Positions 26,940 through 35,687 of a stretch of 39,719 bases of DNA are shown piece after piece; within the stretch, counting starts at the first letter, position 1; every line of letters begins with the position of its first letter. The stretch is from positions 1 to 39,719 of the forward strand of contig JAFYTG010000194.1 of assembly GCA_017558945.1 (NCBI GenBank). The letters are read 5' to 3'. Origin of the DNA: Clostridia bacterium. Lineage in GTDB: Bacteria; Bacillota; Clostridia; Oscillospirales; SIG627. The position numbers and the translations under genes are program-made. Below the pieces are notes generated by a model. The model was given only the letters and a program-made list of their open reading frames with translations, had not been told where the DNA came from and made no database searches.

Positions 26940-28019
26940 TTATTCCTCTGTTAATTCAACAAGTGTTTTATATTTAAGCTTTTCGGGTATACATTTCTCG
27001 GCACGCACCGTTTCTCCTTGAGAAATATGAGTCCTTACGGTATCTGCAACAAGTCCTGCGGGAGTACGGTCGCCATATACCACAAGCGTGTCAACGTCAT
27101 ATTCGGGTACGGTGGAAAAATTCTCAAGCAAATCAAGGTATACCGCAAAGCCTATTGCTCCGCAGGTACGTCCGAAGCGCTTCATAAGCTCGTCGTATTC
27201 ACCGCCCGACAAAACCGCCGAGGGAATACCGTTGACAAAGCCCTTGAATACGATTCCGTTGTAATAGCTTATATCTCCGACTACCGAGAAGTCAAGACGG
27301 ATTCTGTCACTTGATGCAAGCTCAAGCACAGTTTCAAGTCCATCGAGTGCCTCGGCAAATTCCTCCTCAACGAGAATTGTACGAAGCTTTTCTATTACCT
27401 CGCTCGGCTTTCCGTAGCATTTAACGAGAGTCTTGATACGCTCGGTATCCTTGTCACTTACTCCTGCCTCACGGCATATTGAGGTGATTCCGTGAAGATT
27501 TTTCTCACCCATACACTCAAGAATACGCTTGACGTAATTCGGCTCCGCACCCGAAAGCTTTAAAAGCGTCAGGGTTATGCCGAGATGTGAAACGTCAAGC
27601 AAATAATCGTCGGAGATTGCTCCGAGGCTTTCAACCGCAAGGGTCAAAACCTCCGAGAGTGCGTAAAGGTCAATCGTACCTATACACTCAAGACCCGTCT
27701 GCATTATCTCCTTATAAGAGTGACTGCCCTCGGATACTCGGTAGACGTTTTCGTTATAGTAAACCTTTCTGGTCTCCCCTTCTCTTGTGTTCTTTACGAT
27801 AGAAAGGGTAACGTCAGGCTTGAGTGCCATAAGCTTGCCGTCGGTATCGGTAAAGGTAATAACGTTGTCAGAAACAAGAAAGCTCTTGTTTCTGACGTAC
27901 AAATCGTATTCCTCAAATTTACTCATTTTATAAGGCTCGTAGCCTCGCTGACGGTAAAGGGAACGAAGGCGGAAGATTGCCTTCTCTTCATTTTTCAGTA
28001 TTGCCTCGGGAAAATTCAT
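26940..28019 (-). CDS. hisZ: ATP phosphoribosyltransferase regulatory subunit
   Basis: HisRS-like LKPDVT, QTGLE, YYNGIVF, SGGEYD, AIGFA; directly upstream of short hisG. Confidence 0.92.
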   Translation of the reverse strand: MNFPEAILKNEEKAIFRLRSLYRQRGYEPYKMSKFEEYDLYVRNKSFLVSDNVITFTDTDGKLMALKPDVTLSIVKNTREGETRKVYYNENVYRVSEGSHSYKEIMQTGLECIGTIDLYALSEVLTLAVESLGAISDDYLLDVSHLGITLTLLKLSGAEPNYVKRILECMGEKNLHGITSICREAGVSDKDTERIKTLVKCYGKPSEVIEKLRTILVEEEFAEALDGLETVLELASSDRIRLDFSVVGDISYYNGIVFKGFVNGIPSAVLSGGEYDELMKRFGRTCGAIGFAVYLDLLENFSTVPEYDVDTLVVYGDRTPAGLVADTVRTHISQGETVRAEKCIPEKLKYKTLVELTEE

Positions 28020-28309
28020 TTTTTCTCACCGTTTTCCCTTTCAAGCACCTTGCGGTAACCGTCGCTGCCGTAGTTTATGCATTTATTAACTCGGCATATG
28101 GTTGCGGTGGAAGCACCCGTCAGGCGTGACACCTCCTGATAGTTCTTGCCCTCCCAAAGCATGCAGGCAACCTCAAAGCGCTGGGTTAAATCCTGAAGCT
28201 CACGGATTGTGCAAAGATCCTCAAAAAATGCCTTACATTCTTCAATATTTTCAAGTTTTAATACGGCATCAAAAAGCTTGTCGCTTACCGTAATAGGCTT
28301 CTTTTCCAT
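28016..28309 (-). CDS. TrpR-like YerC/YecD repressor (probable his operon regulator)
   Basis: FFEDLCT-EL--L-QRFEVA, TGASTATICRV; first gene of the his operon. Confidence 0.88.
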   Translation of the reverse strand: MEKKPITVSDKLFDAVLKLENIEECKAFFEDLCTIRELQDLTQRFEVACMLWEGKNYQEVSRLTGASTATICRVNKCINYGSDGYRKVLERENGEKK

Positions 28310-28328
28310 TTCATTCCTCCGCAGTTTG

Positions 28329-28372
28329 CTTTATTTCTTTAGTATTTTAGCACACTAAAGCGTAAAAGTCAA
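28329..28372 (-). promoter_or_regulatory. his operon promoter overlapped by a palindromic operator
   Basis: TTGACT (28372-28367), 17 nt, TGc-TAAAAT (28349-28344); palindrome TTTAG-caca-CTAAA at 28346-28359. Confidence 0.7.
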
Positions 28373-28413
28373 TAGTCTGTTGCAAAAAAGTATACATTTC
28401 GTCTCAATTTGTA

Positions 28414-28442
28414 TTGACTTTTCGGTTGAATAAAGTTAAAAT
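28414..28442 (+). promoter_or_regulatory. sigma-A promoter of the GH39-like/PHP operon
   Basis: TTGACT (28414-28419), 17 nt, TAAAAT (28437-28442). Confidence 0.6.
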
Positions 28443-28461
28443 CAAATAGAGGTGATAGCTT

Positions 28462-29771
28462 ATGAGTATCATTAGAATCAACACCGAAAAAATCATCGGT
28501 GATTTCAAGCCGCTAAACTGTGTCAACAACGGTCCAGTTCACAAAAGACATGCAGTTGACCAATCAAGATCAAATATAGAAACCTATAAAGCAGCACGAA
28601 TTCCTTATGCGAGGAACCACGATGCAGCCTTCAATGCAGGATACGGTGGAGAGCATTCGGTTGACATCTCCGCAATATTCCCCGATTTCACCGCTAACCC
28701 TTACGTTCCCGAATCATATGACTTTGCCTGCACCGACGAATATATCCTCGTAACGTTGGATGCCGACACAAAGACCTTTTTCAGACTCGGGCAGAAGATA
28801 GAGCATTACATCAAAAAATACAACATATATCCGCCTGCCGATTTTCACAAGTGGGCGGTTGTATGTGAGCATATAATCCGCCATTACACAAAAGGATGGG
28901 CAAACGGCTTCAAGCTTGATATGCCGTATTGGGAAATATGGAACGAGCCCGACCTTGATGCAGAGGATAACCCTTACAAGCGTACGTGGGCAGGAACAAA
29001 GGCTCAGTTCTATGATCTTTACGAGGTTACCGCAAAGCATCTTAAAAATGCTTCCCCCATCTCAAGATAGGCGGACCTGCGGTGGCAGGATGGTTGGAAT
29101 GGGCAGAAGACTTCATAAACGAAATGAGTGCAAGAAACGTACCCATCGACTTCTTCTCGTGGCATGCATATTGCACCGAGCCTTCCCGGATAGTCAATGC
29201 ATCCAATCTCTACCGTGAAAGATTGGATAAGGCAGGATATACCGAAACCGAATCCATACTCAACGAATGGAACTACGTTCAGGGATGGATGGGAGAAGAA
29301 TTCATCTACTCAATTGAGAAGATATGCGGGCTTAAGGGTGCGGCATTCATAATGGCATGTATGAGCGAGGCGCAGAGAACAAGCATTGATATGCTCATGT
29401 ACTACGATGCCAGACCTAGTGTATTCAACGGAATGTGGGACTTTTACACCTTAAGACCATTCAAGGGATATTATCCTTTCTTGTGGTACGGTAGCTTCTA
29501 TGACCTCAAGGAGGTTGAATACACACGTGATGACGACGAAATATACGTCCTTTCCGGCGTTGATGAAAACGGAAAATCAAAGACCGTCATCACCTATTAC
29601 ACAAACAACGACAACGCTCCCGAAAAGACCGTAAGCATTGACTTTGGAAGGTCGGGAGAATATGACGTTTTTGCAGTAGACGAAAACAACTCTTCCGAGC
29701 TTATTGCCACCACGACAAAAACAGAGTTTACCATGAAGGTTCACACGATTTTATTGATTTGTGAAAAATGA
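28462..29771 (+). pseudogene. GH39-like (clan GH-A) glycoside hydrolase split by a 1-nt frameshift (pseudogene or sequencing error)
   Basis: First ORF has ARNHD and WEIWNEPD, second has DFFSWH and ILNEWN; one extra A in AAAAA (29044-29048) joins them as KHLKKCFPHLKIGGPA. Confidence 0.75.
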
Positions 29772-29781
29772 GGTAAAGATT

Positions 29782-30798
29782 TTGAAAAAGCTTTTATTAC
29801 CCGAAACTAATTCATACAAGGCAAATCTTCATTGTCACTCAACGATTTCCGACGGACAATGGACTCCCGAGCAAATCAAAGAAGAATATTCCAAGAGAGG
29901 ATATTCCATCGTAGCTTATACCGACCATTCAATGATGATAGACCAATCTCATCTGACCGACGAGGGCTTTCTTGCGCTCCGAGGCTTTGAGGTGGGAATG
30001 GCACAAGCTGAAAAGGATAAAACGACACATACTATACGCACCTGCCACATATGCGCGATTGCACTCGACCCCGATAATCTCGTACGCCCCTGCTTCAACC
30101 AGAAGGAGATGGACCATTGGAGGTATTACAACAAGCCTGCGGTGGATTGGGTAATATACGACAAGGAAAAGCCACAATTTGAATTTTTCTATTCTCCCGA
30201 GGTTATAAGCAAATTTATGCAGGAATGTCGTGACGAGGGCTTCTTCGTCACCTACAATCATCCTTCGTGGTCTATGGAAACCGCGGAGCAATTTCTCAAC
30301 TATCACGGAATGCACGCCGTTGAAATGTGCAACTACGGATGCTACGTCGAAGGCTATGAGGACTACAATCCCTATATCTACGACCAGATTCTCCGAGGCG
30401 GTGAGAGAATATTCTGCATAGGCGCAGATGACAACCATAACAGAGGTGAAAACCCCGAGCGTGATTCCTTCGGCGCTTTCACGGTCATAAAGGCTGATAA
30501 GCTTGACTACAAGACGATAACCGACGCTATGGTGAGAGGTGATATGTACGCATCTCAAGGACCTGAAATACATTCGCTTTATATAGAGGACGGCAAGGTA
30601 TATATAACCTCCTCCCCTGCAAAGAGGATCTACATCGGCACGGAATTGAGACATTCACGCTGCATATGGGCAAAGGATGAGCCTATCACCGAGGCTTGCT
30701 TTGATATTCCCGAAAACTGCGGATATATCCGCCTCACCGTTGAGGATATGCAGGGCAGACACGCAAATACACGAGCTTACTTCACGGACGAGCTTTAA
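29782..30798 (+). CDS. PHP-domain metallo-phosphoesterase
   Basis: NLHCHSTISDG, AYTDH, YNHP, ADDNH; likely TTG start at 29782 after GAGGT (the ORF track starts at 29761). Confidence 0.78.
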   Translation: MKKLLLPETNSYKANLHCHSTISDGQWTPEQIKEEYSKRGYSIVAYTDHSMMIDQSHLTDEGFLALRGFEVGMAQAEKDKTTHTIRTCHICAIALDPDNLVRPCFNQKEMDHWRYYNKPAVDWVIYDKEKPQFEFFYSPEVISKFMQECRDEGFFVTYNHPSWSMETAEQFLNYHGMHAVEMCNYGCYVEGYEDYNPYIYDQILRGGERIFCIGADDNHNRGENPERDSFGAFTVIKADKLDYKTITDAMVRGDMYASQGPEIHSLYIEDGKVYITSSPAKRIYIGTELRHSRCIWAKDEPITEACFDIPENCGYIRLTVEDMQGRHANTRAYFTDEL

Positions 30799-30799
30799 A

Positions 30800-30833
30800 A
30801 AAAAGTGGAAAAGCAAACGCTTTTCCACTTTTT
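30800..30833. terminator. Bidirectional intrinsic terminator
   Basis: AAAAAGTGGAAAAGC-AAAC-GCTTTTCCACTTTTT between convergent genes. Confidence 0.85.
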
Positions 30834-30835
30834 AT

Positions 30836-32323
30836 TTATCTGTTATGATAGAGCTTCTTTGTCTGATACTTTGGCTCGCAGGTAATATTGACGCCAAGCT
30901 TCTGGAATACGTTTTCGTCAACTCGGGAAAGAATGACGGTGGAATGTGCTTCGCAGAGGCGGAGCTTTTCAAGCTGTTTCATAGCAAGAGCGGCGGTAGG
31001 ACTTGTAACCGCTGAAATTGACAGAGCAATAAGTATTTCATCGGTATGGAGTCTCGGGTTATTGTTACCCATAACCTTTGTTTTTAACTCCTGAATAGGC
31101 TCAATTACGGCGGGAGAGATAAGAGTCACGTCGTCGGTGATACCCGCAAGGTGCTTGAGTGCGTTAAGCATTGCGGCGGCAGAGGCTCCAAGGAGAGAGG
31201 AGGTCTTACCCGTAACGATAGCGCCGTCGGGCATTTGAATAGCCACTGCGGGAGCACCCGTTTCCTCAGCCTTTGCAATAGCTTTATCAACAACGGGGCG
31301 TTCCTCCTTTGTGATACCGAGCTTGTTCATAATAAGCTCAAGCTTGGTGACCTCGGATTGCTCGCTCATACCCTGACGGAGTGAGCAGGAGGCACGGTAA
31401 TAACGGCGGATTATCTCCTGACGAGCGGCGTCGCAAACGGCTTCGTCGTCAAAAATACAATTTCCTACCATATTGACGCCCATATCGGTCGGGCTCTTGT
31501 AGGGGCAGGTGCCCGAAATTTTTTCAAACATTGCGCGAAGAACGGGGAATATCTCAACGTCTCGGTTATAGTTTACGGTGGTTTCGCCGTATGCCTCAAG
31601 GTGATAGGGGTCTATCATATTAACGTCATCAAGGTCGGCTGTTGCCGCCTCGTACGCGAGGTTTACGGGATGGCTGAGCGGAATATTCCAAATCGGGAAG
31701 GTCTCGAATTTTGCGTAGCCTGCGCTGATACCTCTCTTGTGGTCGTGATAAAGCTGGGAAAGGCAGGTAGCCATTTTTCCGCTTCCGGGTCCGGGAGCGG
31801 TTACGACAACGAGGCTTCTTTCGGTCTCTATGTAATCGTTTGCGCCAAAGCCTTCATCCGATACGATGTAGGGTATGTTGGCAGGATAATCGGGGATTAT
31901 ATAATGGCGGTAGGTCTTGATGCCGAGAGTTGCAAGACGCTTTTCAAAGGCGATTGCAGTAGGCTGTGAGCGGAAGTGAGAGATTACTACACTGCCGACG
32001 TAAAGACCGATTCCGCGGAATGCATCAATAAGTCGAAGGGCATCGAGATCATAGGTTATACCAAGGTCTCCGCGACGCTTATTTTTTTCGATAGCATCAG
32101 CACTGATAACAATGACAATTTCAGCCGAGTCACGAAGCTCAAGAAGCATCTTGACCTTACTGTCAGGCTCAAAGCCGGGAAGAACGCGTGACGCATGAAA
32201 ATCGTCGAAAAGCTTTCCTCCGAATTCAAGATAAAGCTTTCCTCCGAAGGCGTTAATTCTGTCACGAATCTTCTGAGATTGGAGTGATATATATTTGTCG
32301 TTATCAAAGCCTTGTCTGTACAT
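30836..32323 (-). CDS. DUF1846 (UPF0371) family protein with P-loop-like motif
   Basis: KLYLEFGGKLFDDFHASRVLPGF, TAPGPGSGKMATCLSQLYH, GYAKFETFPIWN, NYNRDVEIFPVL, SPTDMGVN. Confidence 0.88.
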   Translation of the reverse strand: MYRQGFDNDKYISLQSQKIRDRINAFGGKLYLEFGGKLFDDFHASRVLPGFEPDSKVKMLLELRDSAEIVIVISADAIEKNKRRGDLGITYDLDALRLIDAFRGIGLYVGSVVISHFRSQPTAIAFEKRLATLGIKTYRHYIIPDYPANIPYIVSDEGFGANDYIETERSLVVVTAPGPGSGKMATCLSQLYHDHKRGISAGYAKFETFPIWNIPLSHPVNLAYEAATADLDDVNMIDPYHLEAYGETTVNYNRDVEIFPVLRAMFEKISGTCPYKSPTDMGVNMVGNCIFDDEAVCDAARQEIIRRYYRASCSLRQGMSEQSEVTKLELIMNKLGITKEERPVVDKAIAKAEETGAPAVAIQMPDGAIVTGKTSSLLGASAAAMLNALKHLAGITDDVTLISPAVIEPIQELKTKVMGNNNPRLHTDEILIALSISAVTSPTAALAMKQLEKLRLCEAHSTVILSRVDENVFQKLGVNITCEPKYQTKKLYHNR

Positions 32324-32340
32324 AGTTTATGACCTTCCTT

Positions 32341-32420
32341 AAAAAAATCAAAAGCCTCCCCGTCTGGAGACGCTTTTCTGTGCCCTATGTCTATTATACC
32401 ACCTTAAATAAAAAAATCAA
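32341..32420 (-). promoter_or_regulatory. Promoter plus short attenuator-type leader of DUF1846 (pyrG-like)
   Basis: TTGATT (32420-32415), 16 nt, TGg-TATAAT (32398-32393), 7 nt, GGGC (32385-32382); hairpin 32377-32350 then GATTTTTTT before the RBS. Confidence 0.6.
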
Positions 32421-32477
32421 TACAAAAAAGGATTTTTTTGAAAAATTGTGAATTATTTAGTTTTTTGTGTCATTTTA

Positions 32478-32506
32478 TTGTAAATATTGACTCATTATGA
32501 TAGAAT
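32478..32506 (+). promoter_or_regulatory. sigma-A promoter of the CLec-fold gene
   Basis: TTGTAA (32478-32483), 17 nt, TGa-TAGAAT (32501-32506); AAGGAG RBS follows. Confidence 0.55.
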
Positions 32507-32525
32507 TAAAAAAAGGAGTGATTTT

Positions 32526-33752
32526 ATGGCAAGCATTTTTATGAAGGATGACGCAAGGCTTCGTGCCGAAAAAGGAATATTATACGATTTTGTATCCCCT
32601 GACGGAAGTGAATCGCGTGAGGCGGCAGAAATTATAAATGCGCGCAACGTTGAATTTTGCAAAAACATACCGTCAAGTGATTGCTGGGAGGATTTCAAGC
32701 TTGCAGTCGAGCATTTGTCGGGAGGCACCAACACGGTAATTCTCGACGATATCGGACTCCCGTCGGTAATGGTGCTTATACCGAAAATGAACTCGGCAAA
32801 CCTTTCAAGCGGTCTTGATTCACGCACTCATCCCGCATTTATTGTCAACGGACGGGAATACGAAACGGTTGCCGTAGGAAAATATATAAGCTGTATAAAA
32901 TTCGGCAGAGCGTACAGTCTGCCAAACCGTGACCCTGCGACCTGCTTCACCTTTGACGACTCGGCAAGGCTTTGCTCAATAAAGGGACGTGGGTGGGGTA
33001 TCACTCCCTACTCTCTGTGGGGCGCTCTTGCACTATGGTGTAAGAAAAACGGCACTATTCCCGAGGGTAACACCTATTACGGTCAGTACGGAGAGAATGC
33101 CGAAAGTCACGGTACACCTGCCACTATGACAACCCTTGACGGAAAGAGCGTACCGGGTCATACGCTTACAGGCTCAGGACCTCTTACCTGGTATCACAAT
33201 CACCGAGCGGACGGAATTGCCGACCTTTGCGGAAACGTGTTCGAATGGTGCTCGGGCTTCCGTTGGTGTAACGGTGAGCTTCAGGTAATTCCCAACGCCG
33301 ACACCATGCAAAACGGCTGTGATATGTCATACACATCACCTCTGTGGCGTGCTATTCTTCCCGACGGCACTCTTACCGATACGGGAGACAAGGACTCGCT
33401 CAAGCTTGATTTCGTGGATAACCGCTGGGTAGTATCAACGAAAATAACCTCTCACTCTGAGGAGAAGCGCTGTTGTCCCGTGCGTGAAATAGGTCTCGGA
33501 GAGGGCGTTTCAAAAATGCCTCAGATACTTATCGAGCTTGGCATATGCCCCGAGCGTGAGCCGACGGGTGCGCCTTACGGCAACGACGTGTTCTGGGGAC
33601 CGAATAAAGCAGTGGAGCAATTCCCCTGCCGTGGCGGTAATTGGTATGACCATCAGTACGCCTGCGGAGGAATGTTCCGCACAAGTGTGTATTACGGCAG
33701 AGATATTATCGGAAATACTATCGGTATGAGACTGGCTTATTACAAGCCTTGA
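32526..33752 (+). CDS. CLec/FGE-fold protein resembling Firmicutes phage DGR target proteins
   Basis: LAVEHLSGGTNTVILDD-G-PSVMV-IPK, HPAFIVNG, RAYSLP--DP, ALALWC-KNGT-P-GN, TGSGP--W-H, GIADLCGNVFEW, C-terminal RGGNW...IGMR; ATG at 32526. Confidence 0.7.
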   Translation: MASIFMKDDARLRAEKGILYDFVSPDGSESREAAEIINARNVEFCKNIPSSDCWEDFKLAVEHLSGGTNTVILDDIGLPSVMVLIPKMNSANLSSGLDSRTHPAFIVNGREYETVAVGKYISCIKFGRAYSLPNRDPATCFTFDDSARLCSIKGRGWGITPYSLWGALALWCKKNGTIPEGNTYYGQYGENAESHGTPATMTTLDGKSVPGHTLTGSGPLTWYHNHRADGIADLCGNVFEWCSGFRWCNGELQVIPNADTMQNGCDMSYTSPLWRAILPDGTLTDTGDKDSLKLDFVDNRWVVSTKITSHSEEKRCCPVREIGLGEGVSKMPQILIELGICPEREPTGAPYGNDVFWGPNKAVEQFPCRGGNWYDHQYACGGMFRTSVYYGRDIIGNTIGMRLAYYKP

Positions 33753-33762
33753 TTGAATTTTT

Positions 33763-33862
33763 AAAAATAAGTAGGCACTCCGACGGAATACTTACGTATT
33801 TCAAGGAGTGCCTATCTTGTTTTTAACGCAGTTGTGCGATGCTTATCTGCGGTGATTTAGTA
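33763..33862 (+). repeat. 100-bp hairpin element, copy 3
   Basis: 99/100 identical to 35688-35787; stem TAGGCACTCC/GGAGTGCCTA around core GGAATAC-TTAC-GTATTTC. Confidence 0.9.
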
Positions 33863-35458
33863 AGCTGTATAAAGTCTTAATATAGTCAGTACAGACTGCT
33901 CCTTTGTATAAAGGTCTGAGGGGGCAAAGTTATTATTTTCTTTACCTCCCATAACTCTTCTGCCGTTCTTATCAACCGAAGCGGATACGAAGGCGATGGC
34001 ATCACGTCCCCAATCGGCAAAGGATTTTTCGTCGGCAAAGGTAACCGAGGTGGAATTAGCTTCCTTAACACCGAGAACGTTTACAGCAGCACGCTGAAGC
34101 ATTGCGGCAGCCTCCTGACGCTTGATGGTTCCACCGGGGTCAAATCTACCCTCCTCCTTACCGTTTACGATTCCGAGAGCGTTTGCGGCAAGGATGTTGA
34201 AGTAGGTAGTATCAACAAATGCTTTTCTGTTTACGGAAAGTCCCTTGGAGGAGAGGATATCCTCAACGCTCTTGCCAAGCTTTACGGAAAGCATTTTCAT
34301 AAGAAGGTCGCAGAACTCAAGACGGTTTATGGATTCGGGCATTGCCTTGATACAATCGGAGGTTATGAGACCGTAACGGTATGCCTCCTGAGACTCCGGA
34401 AGCGCCCATTCGGAGATACCCTTGTCTCCGAATACGTTGGGTCTGTCAATCAAGAAATGAGTTCTTGCCATAAGCTCGGGGGTTATATCAAAGAAGCGGA
34501 AAAAGTCAACCTGAGAAGAGATTTTCTTTCCGTTTTCAAGGGTGTTCTTACTGTCCCAGGTGGGATCCATTACTATCCATCTGCCGTCAACGTAAGCCTC
34601 AACCCAAGCGTGATTTACCGTTTTGAAATTGCGAGCATCAAGCTCGGTAATCGCATTTCCGACGCCTATCGCATAGCCCTCGATAAATACAGCGGGGATA
34701 CCGACCGAGCGCAAGAGTGCAACGGTCAGGTTTGCATAACCCTCGCAAACGGCACTACCCCTATCGTATACCTCTTCTGCGGTAACGTTAGTGGCTTTTG
34801 TAATCTTGTTTGAATAATCAAGGTCATAGTATAAGGTGTTAGCAACGTATTTGTGAATTGCACGTGCCTTATCGTAAGCAGTTTCAAGCTTTGCGGTTAT
34901 ATTTTCTGCGGCACTCTTGATGCGGTCGGGAGCATCGGTCTTTAACTGCTCGGTCTCATCAATCCAGCCGGACATTTTAGTCTTATTGCCCTCGTAAACG
35001 TCACGGTCAACGAGTATTCCCCATTTGCCGTTCTGCTTTTCAAGAACTATATCACGCTCATAAAAAGCGCTGGGCATTTCCTTTTCGCCGGGTGTTGCAA
35101 AATATACGTGAAGCTCATATTCATCGGCGCTGTTTTCGGGAATATCGAAGGGAGGAATTGTAAAATCCGCACCGGGAATGACGAGAGAGGAATACCAATT
35201 CTCATTGTAACGGATGTATATATATTTCTTATCATCAAAATCAACTCTGCCCGAAACGACGAAGGCTTCTCCGTTAACGTCTATCTGCAAATAATTGATT
35301 GGGTCATAGCAGGTCTTGAAGGTTGTAAGAAGCAGCTTCTCCTCTTCAACGGGCTTTGCATTTGGGTTAGGTGCTATAAGCAAGCCGTTTGCAAACACGG
35401 TAATAATGCTCGTTACAAGGATTGTCACAAGCAAGAGCACTGCAATAAATCTTTTCAT
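33857..35458 (-). CDS. Secreted transglutaminase-like (Cys-His-Asp) protein with C-terminal SLH-like domains, paralog A
   Basis: Signal peptide; AVCEGYANL, NHAWVEAY, MDPTWDS; LGIVNG..FDP-GTIKRQEAA. Confidence 0.8.
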   Translation of the reverse strand: MKRFIAVLLLVTILVTSIITVFANGLLIAPNPNAKPVEEEKLLLTTFKTCYDPINYLQIDVNGEAFVVSGRVDFDDKKYIYIRYNENWYSSLVIPGADFTIPPFDIPENSADEYELHVYFATPGEKEMPSAFYERDIVLEKQNGKWGILVDRDVYEGNKTKMSGWIDETEQLKTDAPDRIKSAAENITAKLETAYDKARAIHKYVANTLYYDLDYSNKITKATNVTAEEVYDRGSAVCEGYANLTVALLRSVGIPAVFIEGYAIGVGNAITELDARNFKTVNHAWVEAYVDGRWIVMDPTWDSKNTLENGKKISSQVDFFRFFDITPELMARTHFLIDRPNVFGDKGISEWALPESQEAYRYGLITSDCIKAMPESINRLEFCDLLMKMLSVKLGKSVEDILSSKGLSVNRKAFVDTTYFNILAANALGIVNGKEEGRFDPGGTIKRQEAAAMLQRAAVNVLGVKEANSTSVTFADEKSFADWGRDAIAFVSASVDKNGRRVMGGKENNNFAPSDLYTKEQSVLTILRLYTAY

Positions 35459-35552
35459 ACTGTTTCTCCTTAATATTGTATTTCAAGCGCCTTATATACG
35501 TTAAACGATATTTTTGCATAACGGATATCAGCCCTGATGCTTTGTTAGCTTT

Positions 35553-35581
35553 ATTGTATCACACTTTGCATTTTTTTGCAA
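35553..35581 (-). promoter_or_regulatory. sigma-A promoter of paralog A
   Basis: TTGCAA (35581-35576), 17 nt, TGa-TACAAT (35558-35553). Confidence 0.55.
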
Positions 35582-35687
35582 TGACCAGATAGAAGGATAT
35601 GAGCATTTTTATTCCATTTTTTTGGCTTAATTTTTAAGCTTTTATTAATTTTTTATTTTTTGATTTGAAGCCGATAGATATTGGCAA

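Noticed and set aside
28310-28345. Histidine leader peptide or T-box attenuator
   Set aside because: The leader is only about 30 nt, with no His-codon run or T-box motif.
29035-29055. Programmed -1 ribosomal frameshift in the GH39-like gene
   Set aside because: Slipping back from CTT AAA AAT would put a mismatched TAA triplet in the P site; no canonical heptamer or evident stimulatory structure.
33753-33830. Hairpin after the CLec gene as a DGR homing cruciform
   Set aside because: The same hairpin occurs at 35688-35787 and in related form near 20556, away from any variable region, so it belongs to the dispersed repeat family.
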